DNA from: a virus
Taxonomy: Duplodnaviria; Caudoviricetes
Length of the DNA: 55,272 nt
IMG/VR virus record: IMGVR_UViG_3300031355_000070
Span: 1-55,272 of that record
Reading direction: 5' to 3' (one strand)
The notes below the pieces were generated by a model that worked only from the letters and a program-made list of their open reading frames with translations, did no database searches and was not told the DNA's origin. Of this stretch, positions 25,108-33,705 are shown piece after piece. The translations under genes and the position numbers were made by a program. Positions within the stretch are counted from its first letter, which is position 1; every line of letters starts with the position of its first letter.

Positions 25108-26587
25108 AGTGACCCGCATATATGAGGATAATTATTATGCGGATAAGCCTGTAGTTGTTAATGTTGGAGGTGCCAGAAGCTCTAAGTCGCACAGCATAGC
25201 CCAGTTAATGATCCAGAAGTTCTGTATGGAGCATCACAAGAACTTGCTAACTACTAGAAAGACCAATCCGGCATTGAAAGTAACTGCATACCGGAAAGCA
25301 GTTGATTTGTTGAAAGAATACGGAGGATATGACGGGCTTGTACATAACAAGTCAGACCAGACAATTTTCAATCCCGATAACGGCAATATGTGGCTGTTTA
25401 CATCGATAGATAGCCCAGAGAAGATAAAGAGTACCGAATTTAATTATATACACATGGAAGAGGCTGGAGAGTTCACATACAATGACTTTGTTATTCTCAA
25501 GCTACGGTTGAGCGGTAAGTGTGAAGAAGGTGAGCGTAATCATATGTACTTGAGCCTGAATCCGAGTGATAAGAATGGCTGGATAAAGCAGCGGCTTCTG
25601 AAAGAACCGGACGTGAAAGAGATAAATTCGACTTATCTTGACGCGCTAGAATTCCTCCCGGATGAATATATTAAAATACTAGAAGGCCTGAAGGAGCAGG
25701 ATCCAGAATATTACAAGATATACACACTGGGGGAATGGACTGAGCTGAAAGGCCTGATATATGGCAAGCCTGAGATATTGCCGGAGCTTCCAGAAATGAA
25801 AGAGACAATCTATGGTCAAGATTATGGATACAATAACCCTTCGACTTTGGTTGAGATAGGAATAGACATTGACGCGATGGCTCTATATTTCAGAGAGCTA
25901 ATATATGAGACGCATTTGACTAACGACGAGTTGATAGAAGAGATGAAGACTGTAATTCCGAGAGAAAAGAGGCACTGTGAAATATATGCGGATGCAGCAG
26001 AGCCGGCAAGGATTGAAGAAATATACAAGGCAGGATTCAATATCAAGCCGGCAGACAAGGGAAAAGGTTCTGTTAAGAATGGTATTGATATGGTCAAGCG
26101 GTTCAGGCAGTACAGCCTTGAAGAGAATACGAACCTGAATAATGAATTTAGCGGCCATAAATGGAAGGTCGACAAGAATGGCAATGTGCTGGATGAGCCC
26201 GTGAAATTCAATGACCATTGTCCGGATGCAGTACGCTATGCGGTTTATACGCATATGAAAGATAGGCTGAAAGACTTAAGCCCGGCAAAGGTTTATTATA
26301 AAGGCCAGGCGAAAGAGCAGCGAACTCCTGTTGTTCTGGATGATATTGCATTGGTTGAGAAGACCAGGCGGATGATTGCCAAGTATGGCTATGCGGCGCT
26401 CGGGGCTTTCGCTTATTCGCTGTCAGTGCCAGAAGATGACTTGCGGAAGCGGTTGATAGCCCTGGGATTTAACGAGCATAAGAGAAACCGTTTCATATAT
26501 GGAAAGGATTTCAAGCCACCTCCAAAGCCTGAGCCAAAGCCAGAGATAGAGAAGCTTCAGGAAGAGAGGGAAGGCTGGGTGGTTTAA
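25091..26587 (+). CDS. terL: Terminase large subunit (PBSX/SPP1-type)
   Basis: GGARSSKS Walker A, HMEEA Walker B, LNP, GQDYG, DHCPDAVRY nuclease motif. Confidence 0.95.
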   Translation: MTKQFEVTRIYEDNYYADKPVVVNVGGARSSKSHSIAQLMIQKFCMEHHKNLLTTRKTNPALKVTAYRKAVDLLKEYGGYDGLVHNKSDQTIFNPDNGNMWLFTSIDSPEKIKSTEFNYIHMEEAGEFTYNDFVILKLRLSGKCEEGERNHMYLSLNPSDKNGWIKQRLLKEPDVKEINSTYLDALEFLPDEYIKILEGLKEQDPEYYKIYTLGEWTELKGLIYGKPEILPELPEMKETIYGQDYGYNNPSTLVEIGIDIDAMALYFRELIYETHLTNDELIEEMKTVIPREKRHCEIYADAAEPARIEEIYKAGFNIKPADKGKGSVKNGIDMVKRFRQYSLEENTNLNNEFSGHKWKVDKNGNVLDEPVKFNDHCPDAVRYAVYTHMKDRLKDLSPAKVYYKGQAKEQRTPVVLDDIALVEKTRRMIAKYGYAALGAFAYSLSVPEDDLRKRLIALGFNEHKRNRFIYGKDFKPPPKPEPKPEIEKLQEEREGWVV

Positions 26588-26597
26588 GGAGGAATAA

Positions 26598-26816
26598 ATG
26601 ACAAAAGTAACTGAGGATATTTTTCAACTTTCTACTTCTAATGATTATGCTGATTCTCCTCAGATTGATTTATACAATAATCCTATCACAGACCCTCTTT
26701 TGGGATTATATTTTAGAGATAATTCAATAACAGGGGATAAATTAACTACAGGTGAGAATGATAGATTTTTTGGGATACACATTAAAGAAGCTATAAAGAT
26801 ATTTAAAAAGGAATAA
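26598..26816 (+). CDS. Hypothetical protein
   Basis: AAGGAGG RBS. Confidence 0.5.
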   Translation: MTKVTEDIFQLSTSNDYADSPQIDLYNNPITDPLLGLYFRDNSITGDKLTTGENDRFFGIHIKEAIKIFKKE

Positions 26817-26818
26817 CA

Positions 26819-28267
26819 ATGGATAAGCTAGACAAAGAATTCAAGGAATGTTGGGTAGTAACATCAACGGGCATTTATACTGCAGACAAGATATTCACAA
26901 AGCAGAAGAAAGACAAAAAGGATGTGAAGAAATCGAAGGATGTAAAGAGCAAGCAGCTTAAAGAATCGAAATATATGGATCAGAATGGGCTTGTTCCGCT
27001 GCCATTCGAGGTATCATCGCTTCTCAAGCTCCAGGATAACTGCTCATACTTCGATGCCTGCGTCAAACAGATTGCGAAAGACGTCATAGGCCAAGGCTGG
27101 ACTTTGCAGCCAGTCGAGGGCAAGAAAGAGAATGATGCGGAAAGGAAGAAGATAGAGGATTTTATTAGTGAATCTGGTGGCGACAGAGATGAGACATTCG
27201 AGGATACGCTTGAGCGAAGCATCATAGACTGGGGAGTCATAGGCTGGTGGGGCTGGGAAGTATCCAGAGATGATAAGAACATAGTCAATGGCATCTGGCA
27301 TGTGCCTGCCAGAACTATTCGGGTACACGAATCACATGATAAATATTGCCAGATACGTAACAATGATAAGATGTGGTTTGAACGATTTGGACTGGAAGGA
27401 GATATTAATAGCGAAGACGGGAAGTCGCTGAAAGAAAGCGATTCTGAAAAGAAAGCCAATGAGATGATATTCTACAGGAATTATTATTCAACTAGCGATT
27501 ACTATGGAGCTCCGAATATATTATCGTCTATCGGATCTGTTCTCGGATTAGTAGCCGTTCGAGATTATAACCTGGCCTTCTTTGAGAACTACGGAGTGCC
27601 AGCCGCTATGGTATCTCTAACGGGGAAATGGGACAAAGGTGCAGCCAAGCAGATATCGGATTTTCTTGATGTCGAGATAAAGCGGACAGAGAACGCGCAC
27701 AAAACGATAGTCATGCACTCACCGGAAGGTGGGACAATGACCTGGATTCCCCTTGATATGAAGAACCAGAAAGAGGGCTCGTTCGAGTGGCTGAAGAAGA
27801 GCATGAGTGAGGAAGTGCTGGTGGTATATAAGATGCCGCCATATCGTATAGGGATGGCAGAGGTGGGTGCGCTTGGAGGCTCAACAGCAAGCGAATCTAC
27901 AAGAATATATATAAGCTCTGTCGTGAAACCACTTGAGCAAACAGTCAACCGTCTTGTGACGAATAATATAATTCATGATGGGCTAGGATGTAAGGATTAT
28001 AATTTTGTGCTAAACGAAGTTGATTTGAGAGATAAGGATGCGGAAGTTAAAAGGCAACAGGCGCTATTCTCAATCGGAGCGATAAACTCAAACCAGATTA
28101 GGCAGCAACAGGGCAAGAAAGAATATCCAGAAGGCAATCAGTATTATGTATCCTCGGCTTATATCCCAGTTGGAGAAGAGGAAGTCGAGAAGCGGGAGCG
28201 GGCTCTGATGGCCGAGCTTGAGGGATTGAAGGCTAAAGTGGATGAGGTATTGAGCAAGGAGAAATAA
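26819..28267 (+). CDS. Portal protein (PBSX family)
   Basis: YYGAP...YNLAFFENYGVP...MPPYRIG...VKPLE; follows TerL. Confidence 0.9.
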   Translation: MDKLDKEFKECWVVTSTGIYTADKIFTKQKKDKKDVKKSKDVKSKQLKESKYMDQNGLVPLPFEVSSLLKLQDNCSYFDACVKQIAKDVIGQGWTLQPVEGKKENDAERKKIEDFISESGGDRDETFEDTLERSIIDWGVIGWWGWEVSRDDKNIVNGIWHVPARTIRVHESHDKYCQIRNNDKMWFERFGLEGDINSEDGKSLKESDSEKKANEMIFYRNYYSTSDYYGAPNILSSIGSVLGLVAVRDYNLAFFENYGVPAAMVSLTGKWDKGAAKQISDFLDVEIKRTENAHKTIVMHSPEGGTMTWIPLDMKNQKEGSFEWLKKSMSEEVLVVYKMPPYRIGMAEVGALGGSTASESTRIYISSVVKPLEQTVNRLVTNNIIHDGLGCKDYNFVLNEVDLRDKDAEVKRQQALFSIGAINSNQIRQQQGKKEYPEGNQYYVSSAYIPVGEEEVEKRERALMAELEGLKAKVDEVLSKEK

Positions 28268-28432
28268 ATGGCTAATTATTGTTGCGACAGGATGGAATTT
28301 TTTGTTGAGAAAAAGATTATTGAGGTTGATAAGGAAGGCTATACCTTGGTGTGGAATGACTGGAGCACAACGGATGCGTTGGACAAGTATGAGAAGATTT
28401 TATATTGCCCATTCTGTGGGAGAATATTATAA
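28268..28432 (+). CDS. Small CC...CPFCG zinc-binding protein (54 aa)
   Basis: AAGGAG RBS; MANYCCDRM...YCPFCGRIL. Confidence 0.55.
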   Translation: MANYCCDRMEFFVEKKIIEVDKEGYTLVWNDWSTTDALDKYEKILYCPFCGRIL

Positions 28433-28441
28433 GGAGTAAAT

Positions 28442-28738
28442 ATGCCACTACTAATATTTCTTAAACAGCCCAACCGGGCGATTGCCGTCAAGGGGGATAG
28501 TTTATCTTTGGATGAAGAAGTATTGAGAAGTTCTGCAAAAGTATTTACAATTCGATTTGAAACAATTGAGGGGAAAAATGTACTTATTGCTAGAGACAAC
28601 ATCTCTCATATTGAAGAGATATCCGTAGAGGAAATCAAGAAGCAGAAGGTGGAATATGAGAAGAGGCTAAAGCAGAAGAGGCAACAGAATGGACAATTGT
28701 TATCGCCGAATCTTATATTTCCGAGGAGCAAGAATTAA
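28442..28738 (+). CDS. Hypothetical protein
   Basis: AAGGAG RBS. Confidence 0.5.
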   Translation: MPLLIFLKQPNRAIAVKGDSLSLDEEVLRSSAKVFTIRFETIEGKNVLIARDNISHIEEISVEEIKKQKVEYEKRLKQKRQQNGQLLSPNLIFPRSKN

Positions 28739-28741
28739 AAT

Positions 28742-29575
28742 ATGCTATCATCTTTATCCAAATCAATCAGCATAGCCCTTGAGAAGCTCGGCCGAAAGCC
28801 GAAGGCGGCAAAGAATATGCGGCGGATGATTACGATTAATGAGCGGAAACTGCGCCCGAAAGTGAATGAGTGGATGAAGCTGATGATTGAGGATATTCAG
28901 CGTGGTTTATCCAAGCTCAAGTCGAAGAGCATAAAGAATCTCGCAGATTGGAAAGAGATGGAAGAAGCGGGCAATCTGATACTGAAACCTACGATCCTGG
29001 CTATACTCGGAGAGGGCGGCAAGGCAGTAGTCGAGCGAAAGATAATGAAGCAGGATCGTTTTGATGAGATAGGAGTTGATGCTGTCAAATGGGCTGAAAA
29101 GCATACGGCTGAGCTGGTGACTGAAGTGACGGTGGAAACCCAGAAGGCTATAAAGGCTTACATAGTGGAAGGGGTTAAGAAGGGCAAGTCGATCCCAGCG
29201 ATAGCGAAAGAGCTTCGGCCTCTGGTTGGGCTAACCGAGAAGCAGATATTCGCCGTTGCGAATTACGAGGAGTGGCTGATACTTAACCGTCCTGAATACT
29301 CTGTGAAAGTCATTAGAGAGATGGCCGAAGTTAAGGCAAGGCGGTTGCATCGATATAGGGCTCAATTGATAGCACGCACAGAGACGTCATCGTCCTTGAG
29401 TGAAGGAATACGTCAGGGCTATGGCCAGATGGGAGTGAAGAGATTACAGTTTGTGGCGGGTCCTGGGAGTTGTGAGGAATGCGAAGAGTTGGACGGCAAG
29501 ATATATTCGATAGGAGAGGCAGAGGGAGTGATTCCAGTACATCCGAGCTGTCGCTGCTGTATGGTAGCAGCATAG
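28742..29575 (+). CDS. Minor head morphogenesis protein (Mu gpF / SPP1 gp7 family)
   Basis: RAQLIARTE...CEECEELDG...IPVHPSCRC. Confidence 0.9.
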   Translation: MLSSLSKSISIALEKLGRKPKAAKNMRRMITINERKLRPKVNEWMKLMIEDIQRGLSKLKSKSIKNLADWKEMEEAGNLILKPTILAILGEGGKAVVERKIMKQDRFDEIGVDAVKWAEKHTAELVTEVTVETQKAIKAYIVEGVKKGKSIPAIAKELRPLVGLTEKQIFAVANYEEWLILNRPEYSVKVIREMAEVKARRLHRYRAQLIARTETSSSLSEGIRQGYGQMGVKRLQFVAGPGSCEECEELDGKIYSIGEAEGVIPVHPSCRCCMVAA

Positions 29576-29738
29576 GAGAATAAAATGAATAAAATATTAT
29601 TTTTTTTATTAGAAAAAAGTATTGATATTCTGAAAATTAATCCACCAAATTCAGATGGAAAATTTATGGCTGAAGAGGTTTCGGCAATCTTTAGCATACT
29701 ATGTAAAGGATTTTTTGAGGAGCTTAGGAAAAGTGGTA

Positions 29739-29861
29739 ATGGCTGAAGCTAAGAAGTGCCCGAAATGCGGAGCGGATATGCGGAAGAAACAGTCATGCTG
29801 TCGGGATATCTGGAAATGCACTAAATGCCGGTGGAAGGAAGTATATAAGAGAAAGAAATGA
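29739..29861 (+). CDS. Zinc-ribbon mini-protein
   Basis: CPKCG...CC...CTKC. Confidence 0.45.
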   Translation: MAEAKKCPKCGADMRKKQSCCRDIWKCTKCRWKEVYKRKK

Positions 29862-29876
29862 GAATAGGAGGAGAAA

Positions 29877-30695
29877 ATGCCTTTTAAATTTAATCCATTT
29901 GCAAAGAAGTTAGATTATTATCAAAAAGCGGGAGGATTAGATATCAGTGCTTTAGATGAAGTTACGGCTCTTGATGTAGGAGCAGATTATATAGTGATTT
30001 ATGATGCGGACGCAGGAGTCAACAAGAAGGTTCTGATAGAGAATTTGCCTAAAGCAGCCTTCACTGATAATTTTGATGACGATGATATTTATTGGGGTTG
30101 GGAAACAGACGGGATTGGGGCAAACAAAACGATAGTAGAAGCTGGGAATGTCATAACATTATCTTGTACTGGTGGAGCGACTGATGCTAGGTGGCAACAA
30201 GGCACTAATGTCGCACCTAAAATTTTTACTGGAGCTCCTGGATTTCCATTGGAGATAATAGCAAAACTAAATGATTTTACCGTAAATAATGATGTATCGG
30301 CCGGAATTTTTATCGCCGTTGAGCCCAACGGAATCGGAGAACAAACTGAATATGGAATCGGTAGATTGAAGTCTGCAATAGAAGGAGTTGATGGCTTAGC
30401 AGTCTGGCATGAGGACAATGAAGCCATTGCTTCAAATGCCGTGACGACCCTGCCAATTTGGCTGAGGATAAGAGTAATTGCGCATGGCTTTAATGGTTGT
30501 AAGGTTATTTTAGGCTACAGTACGGATGGGAGTTCTTATACAGACTTACATACGTTCGACGATTTTAGCAGTGTACATCTTGCTGATGAGTATAGTTTCT
30601 TTATTGGGGTTTATGGTAAGAATTTAAATGCCGCAGCTGCCTTTGCAGCTCCGTTTGAATTCTTCACAGCAACACAAGATTCAGGACCGAGATGA
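29877..30695 (+). CDS. Virion accessory protein with a lectin-like (ConA) beta-sandwich
   Basis: MPFKFNPF N-terminus; FTDNFDD...PIWLRI...YSTDG. Confidence 0.55.
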   Translation: MPFKFNPFAKKLDYYQKAGGLDISALDEVTALDVGADYIVIYDADAGVNKKVLIENLPKAAFTDNFDDDDIYWGWETDGIGANKTIVEAGNVITLSCTGGATDARWQQGTNVAPKIFTGAPGFPLEIIAKLNDFTVNNDVSAGIFIAVEPNGIGEQTEYGIGRLKSAIEGVDGLAVWHEDNEAIASNAVTTLPIWLRIRVIAHGFNGCKVILGYSTDGSSYTDLHTFDDFSSVHLADEYSFFIGVYGKNLNAAAAFAAPFEFFTATQDSGPR

Positions 30696-30727
30696 TTATT
30701 ATATAATAAATTTTTTTTGGGAGGTAA

Positions 30728-30997
30728 ATGAAAATGGCATCAGGCGATTCTATTATTTGGAGTGCAGACCAGTTTGCGTTGCGTATGGCTTACGAAACCA
30801 CATCTGGCTGCGAAGGTAAATTATTATATATCGGAGAGGCTTTCCCTGGGAATCAGAATAGAGAAAACAGAAACATATGGAGAATCAGGAAAATATATTA
30901 TGATGAATGTGGCAGAGAGATTGCAGTATTGTATGCAAACAACTCGAAAGAATTTGTTTTTAAGTGGAGTGATAGAGAAACCTATAATTATGAATAA
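30728..30997 (+). CDS. Small virion-associated protein
   Basis: YIGEA.PG...WRIRKI...YAN...WSDRETYNY pattern. Confidence 0.5.
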   Translation: MKMASGDSIIWSADQFALRMAYETTSGCEGKLLYIGEAFPGNQNRENRNIWRIRKIYYDECGREIAVLYANNSKEFVFKWSDRETYNYE

Positions 30998-31050
30998 AAC
31001 ATGAAAACGGAATAAATATTAGCCTCTGATAATAAAGGCTACGGAGGATT

Positions 31051-32781
31051 ATGATGCGAATAGAAAGCATAACGAAAGAAAATCTTGAGAAAGAAAACGA
31101 TAACGAGCTTTTCAGTTTGCGGATGAGATTCTCACAACTCTACAAGAAATTCTATGAAACCAATCTATTCAGAAAAAGCGACTTTAATTTTCTGGAGAGA
31201 AAGGATTTTCTTGATAAGTATAGGTTACTTGTCGATGAAATAAAGAGACGGAAGCTTAAGGTAGCAAAAAGCAATAAGCTTGACAGGGTGATATTTGGCA
31301 AGGATATGGTCGGAGTTGACGTTAGAAGCTTGCCTGACATTCCCGTGACAAACGACTATATCTCGATAACTGGTTCTTTTCTCAAAAGCCCGAAGTCGAT
31401 AGGCGAATTCAGCATATATATTAGGGACACAGCCGATAAGAGGCTTATTGATGTTGAAGAGCGGGTGAAGCAAACACTCGAAGAGGAATTGAATAGAAGC
31501 CCTGCGGTAATGAAGCATGAAGAGCCTGAAGATGATTATTTGCCAATATATGAGTTGGTTTTAAAGCCAAAGGAAGGCATGAGGATAGTCAAGGCTATAG
31601 AGCGAATCGAAAAAGGTGCGATAGCCTATAAGGATTATGGGCATGCGGACGAAGGGACGTCCTGGGATGCCGGAAAGGAAGTCAAGCAGATGGAGGTAGA
31701 GCAGCTGAAAAAATACTGTGCATGGTACAAATCTGATAAGCCTGATCTGAAGTCGAGCTATAAACTTCCTCATCATAGAGTAAGCGATGGCAAGGCTGTC
31801 TGGCGGGCTGTTTATGCCGCTATGGCTGCACTTCTCGGAGCGAGGGGAGGTGTTCAATTGCCTAGCGGGGACAGGAAGGGTGTCTATAATCATTTGAAAT
31901 CACATTATAAAGCATGGGATAAAGAGCCGCCTGAGTTGAAGAAATATGAGAAAAGCGAACTTCAGGAACTATTCAAAGATGATGAAGTTGACATAAGCAA
32001 ACCATATCCTAATGAGCATTCAGCCCGGCTTCAGGACCCTAAAAAGTATGATGACTGGAGAAGAACCAAGGGAGGCAAGATATACTTCAAGATAGCTATC
32101 CCAGCCTCAATTGCCATAATCTGGGGTCACCCGAAAGGCAAGCCAGCCAGGATATGGGTCCCGCAGGCTCTGCGATTCCCGAAGGACAAGTACACGGTCG
32201 CTCAGGCAAAGAAGTTCCTGTCGGATAATAAGATTGCATCCATTAAATTTGAGCCAGCAGTGGAAAAAGCTAAAAAGGAAACGGAAGAGAAGCAAAAATA
32301 TAATTGCGAATGCATCGAGTGTGGTCATAAGTTGACTTCCGATAAGCATTGTAAAGATGTGAAATGCCCTAAATGCGGGGGGACGATGAGACGGGTTGAG
32401 AGGCCGGGACCAGGGGAAAAAAGCTTCAAGTTTGATAAGATTGACAAGAAACAGCAAATAGTTGGGGGAATAATTTACGAACCTGATACTGAAGATACTC
32501 AGGGCGATTATATGGAAGCAGATGAGATTGAGAAGATGGCTTATAAGTATATGACAGGCGATAAGAAGTTCAAAATCAATCACAAAGGAAAAGAGTATAT
32601 TTTCCCAATCATCGAATCATTCATTCCTGAACAAAATACAACAAAAAATAAGCAAATAATTTCAAAGGGTGCTTGGTGGATTATGATAAAAATTACGAAT
32701 AAGGATATTTGGAAACAGATTGAAAAAGGTGAACTTTCAGGATTTTCAATGGGGGGGACGGCTTCCTCAAAAGATATTTAA
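31051..32781 (+). CDS. Multi-domain prohead protease (C-terminal XkdF-like serine protease)
   Basis: IVGGIIYEPD..DTQGD...INH...ESFI...GAW...IWKQIEKGELSGFSMGG. Confidence 0.85.
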   Translation: MMRIESITKENLEKENDNELFSLRMRFSQLYKKFYETNLFRKSDFNFLERKDFLDKYRLLVDEIKRRKLKVAKSNKLDRVIFGKDMVGVDVRSLPDIPVTNDYISITGSFLKSPKSIGEFSIYIRDTADKRLIDVEERVKQTLEEELNRSPAVMKHEEPEDDYLPIYELVLKPKEGMRIVKAIERIEKGAIAYKDYGHADEGTSWDAGKEVKQMEVEQLKKYCAWYKSDKPDLKSSYKLPHHRVSDGKAVWRAVYAAMAALLGARGGVQLPSGDRKGVYNHLKSHYKAWDKEPPELKKYEKSELQELFKDDEVDISKPYPNEHSARLQDPKKYDDWRRTKGGKIYFKIAIPASIAIIWGHPKGKPARIWVPQALRFPKDKYTVAQAKKFLSDNKIASIKFEPAVEKAKKETEEKQKYNCECIECGHKLTSDKHCKDVKCPKCGGTMRRVERPGPGEKSFKFDKIDKKQQIVGGIIYEPDTEDTQGDYMEADEIEKMAYKYMTGDKKFKINHKGKEYIFPIIESFIPEQNTTKNKQIISKGAWWIMIKITNKDIWKQIEKGELSGFSMGGTASSKDI

Positions 32782-32783
32782 AT

Positions 32784-32817
32784 TACTTGACAAATATGAT
32801 TTAATTCTTTATTTTAA
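32784..32817 (+). promoter_or_regulatory. Late-class promoter 2
   Basis: TACTTGACA-N11-ATTCTTTATTTTAA. Confidence 0.7.
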
Positions 32818-32873
32818 TATTAATTGCTATGATTGAAGTTTAAAGCCTGAAGTTAAACTTAGTTGTAACGTCT

Positions 32874-32926
32874 AAAGGCGTTTGAAGCTTGCGATGCAAA
32901 AAAGCAAGTTTTGAATGCCTTTTTTT
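32874..32926 (+). terminator. 19-bp stem with T-tract between the promoter and the scaffold gene
   Basis: 32874-32892 pairs with 32904-32922 at all 19 positions (4 G-U). Confidence 0.65.
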
Positions 32927-32970
32927 ATGGGGGATTCAAAAACAATTACAATTTAGGAGGCCAAATTTAA

Positions 32971-33681
32971 ATGGCTAGAAAATTAAAAGATATTTCGATA
33001 GAGGAACTTTCACTTTGTAAAAGCCCTGCTAATCGGAAAGAGTTCTATATTCTAAAACAGGAGAAGTTAAAAATGGAAGAATTATTGAAAATTCTGAAGA
33101 AGATTTTGGGGGACGAAACAATCGATGATAGCTCTGTCGAGAAAATAAAGGCGCTTCCTGAAGATAAGGTTGACGAAATCAGGAAGGCTCTTGAAGAAGT
33201 CGAAGGGTATCGAGATGCTTTTGGCCCAACATTGGATGAGGCTTTCTTGTCGCTTGCGAAGAGTGCGACTTATGATTACCCGGAAAAGGAATCTATACTT
33301 GATTTCGAGGACGTAGAGAAGGCTGGAGCATCGCTTTCAAAGGCAACAATCGCACAACTGAAGAAAATTCAGGAAATTATTGTGAAGCTTATTGGTGAAA
33401 AGACCGAGAAGTTCAAGGGCGAAGATGGCAAGAAGCTGCCTGATGAAATCGTGAAAAGACTTGAAAGACTTGATGAACTTGAGAAGGCTGATAAAGAGAG
33501 AGTGAAGAAAGAGGCTGAAGAGGAGCAGAAACAGAAGGATGAGGATATCGAGAATCTTAAAAAAGATGTCGAGGATCTCAAGAAAGTCAAAGGAACGAAA
33601 AAAAGCATCGAAGGTCAAGACAAAGACGCTGATGATGACGATGAGAAGGATCCCTTCCCATCAATACCAGTAATGAGATAG
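32971..33681 (+). CDS. Capsid scaffolding protein
   Basis: Between protease and capsid genes; ELSLCKSPANR N-terminus; charged coiled coil. Confidence 0.75.
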   Translation: MARKLKDISIEELSLCKSPANRKEFYILKQEKLKMEELLKILKKILGDETIDDSSVEKIKALPEDKVDEIRKALEEVEGYRDAFGPTLDEAFLSLAKSATYDYPEKESILDFEDVEKAGASLSKATIAQLKKIQEIIVKLIGEKTEKFKGEDGKKLPDEIVKRLERLDELEKADKERVKKEAEEEQKQKDEDIENLKKDVEDLKKVKGTKKSIEGQDKDADDDDEKDPFPSIPVMR

Positions 33682-33705
33682 AAAAATTTTACGGAGGATT
33701 AAACT

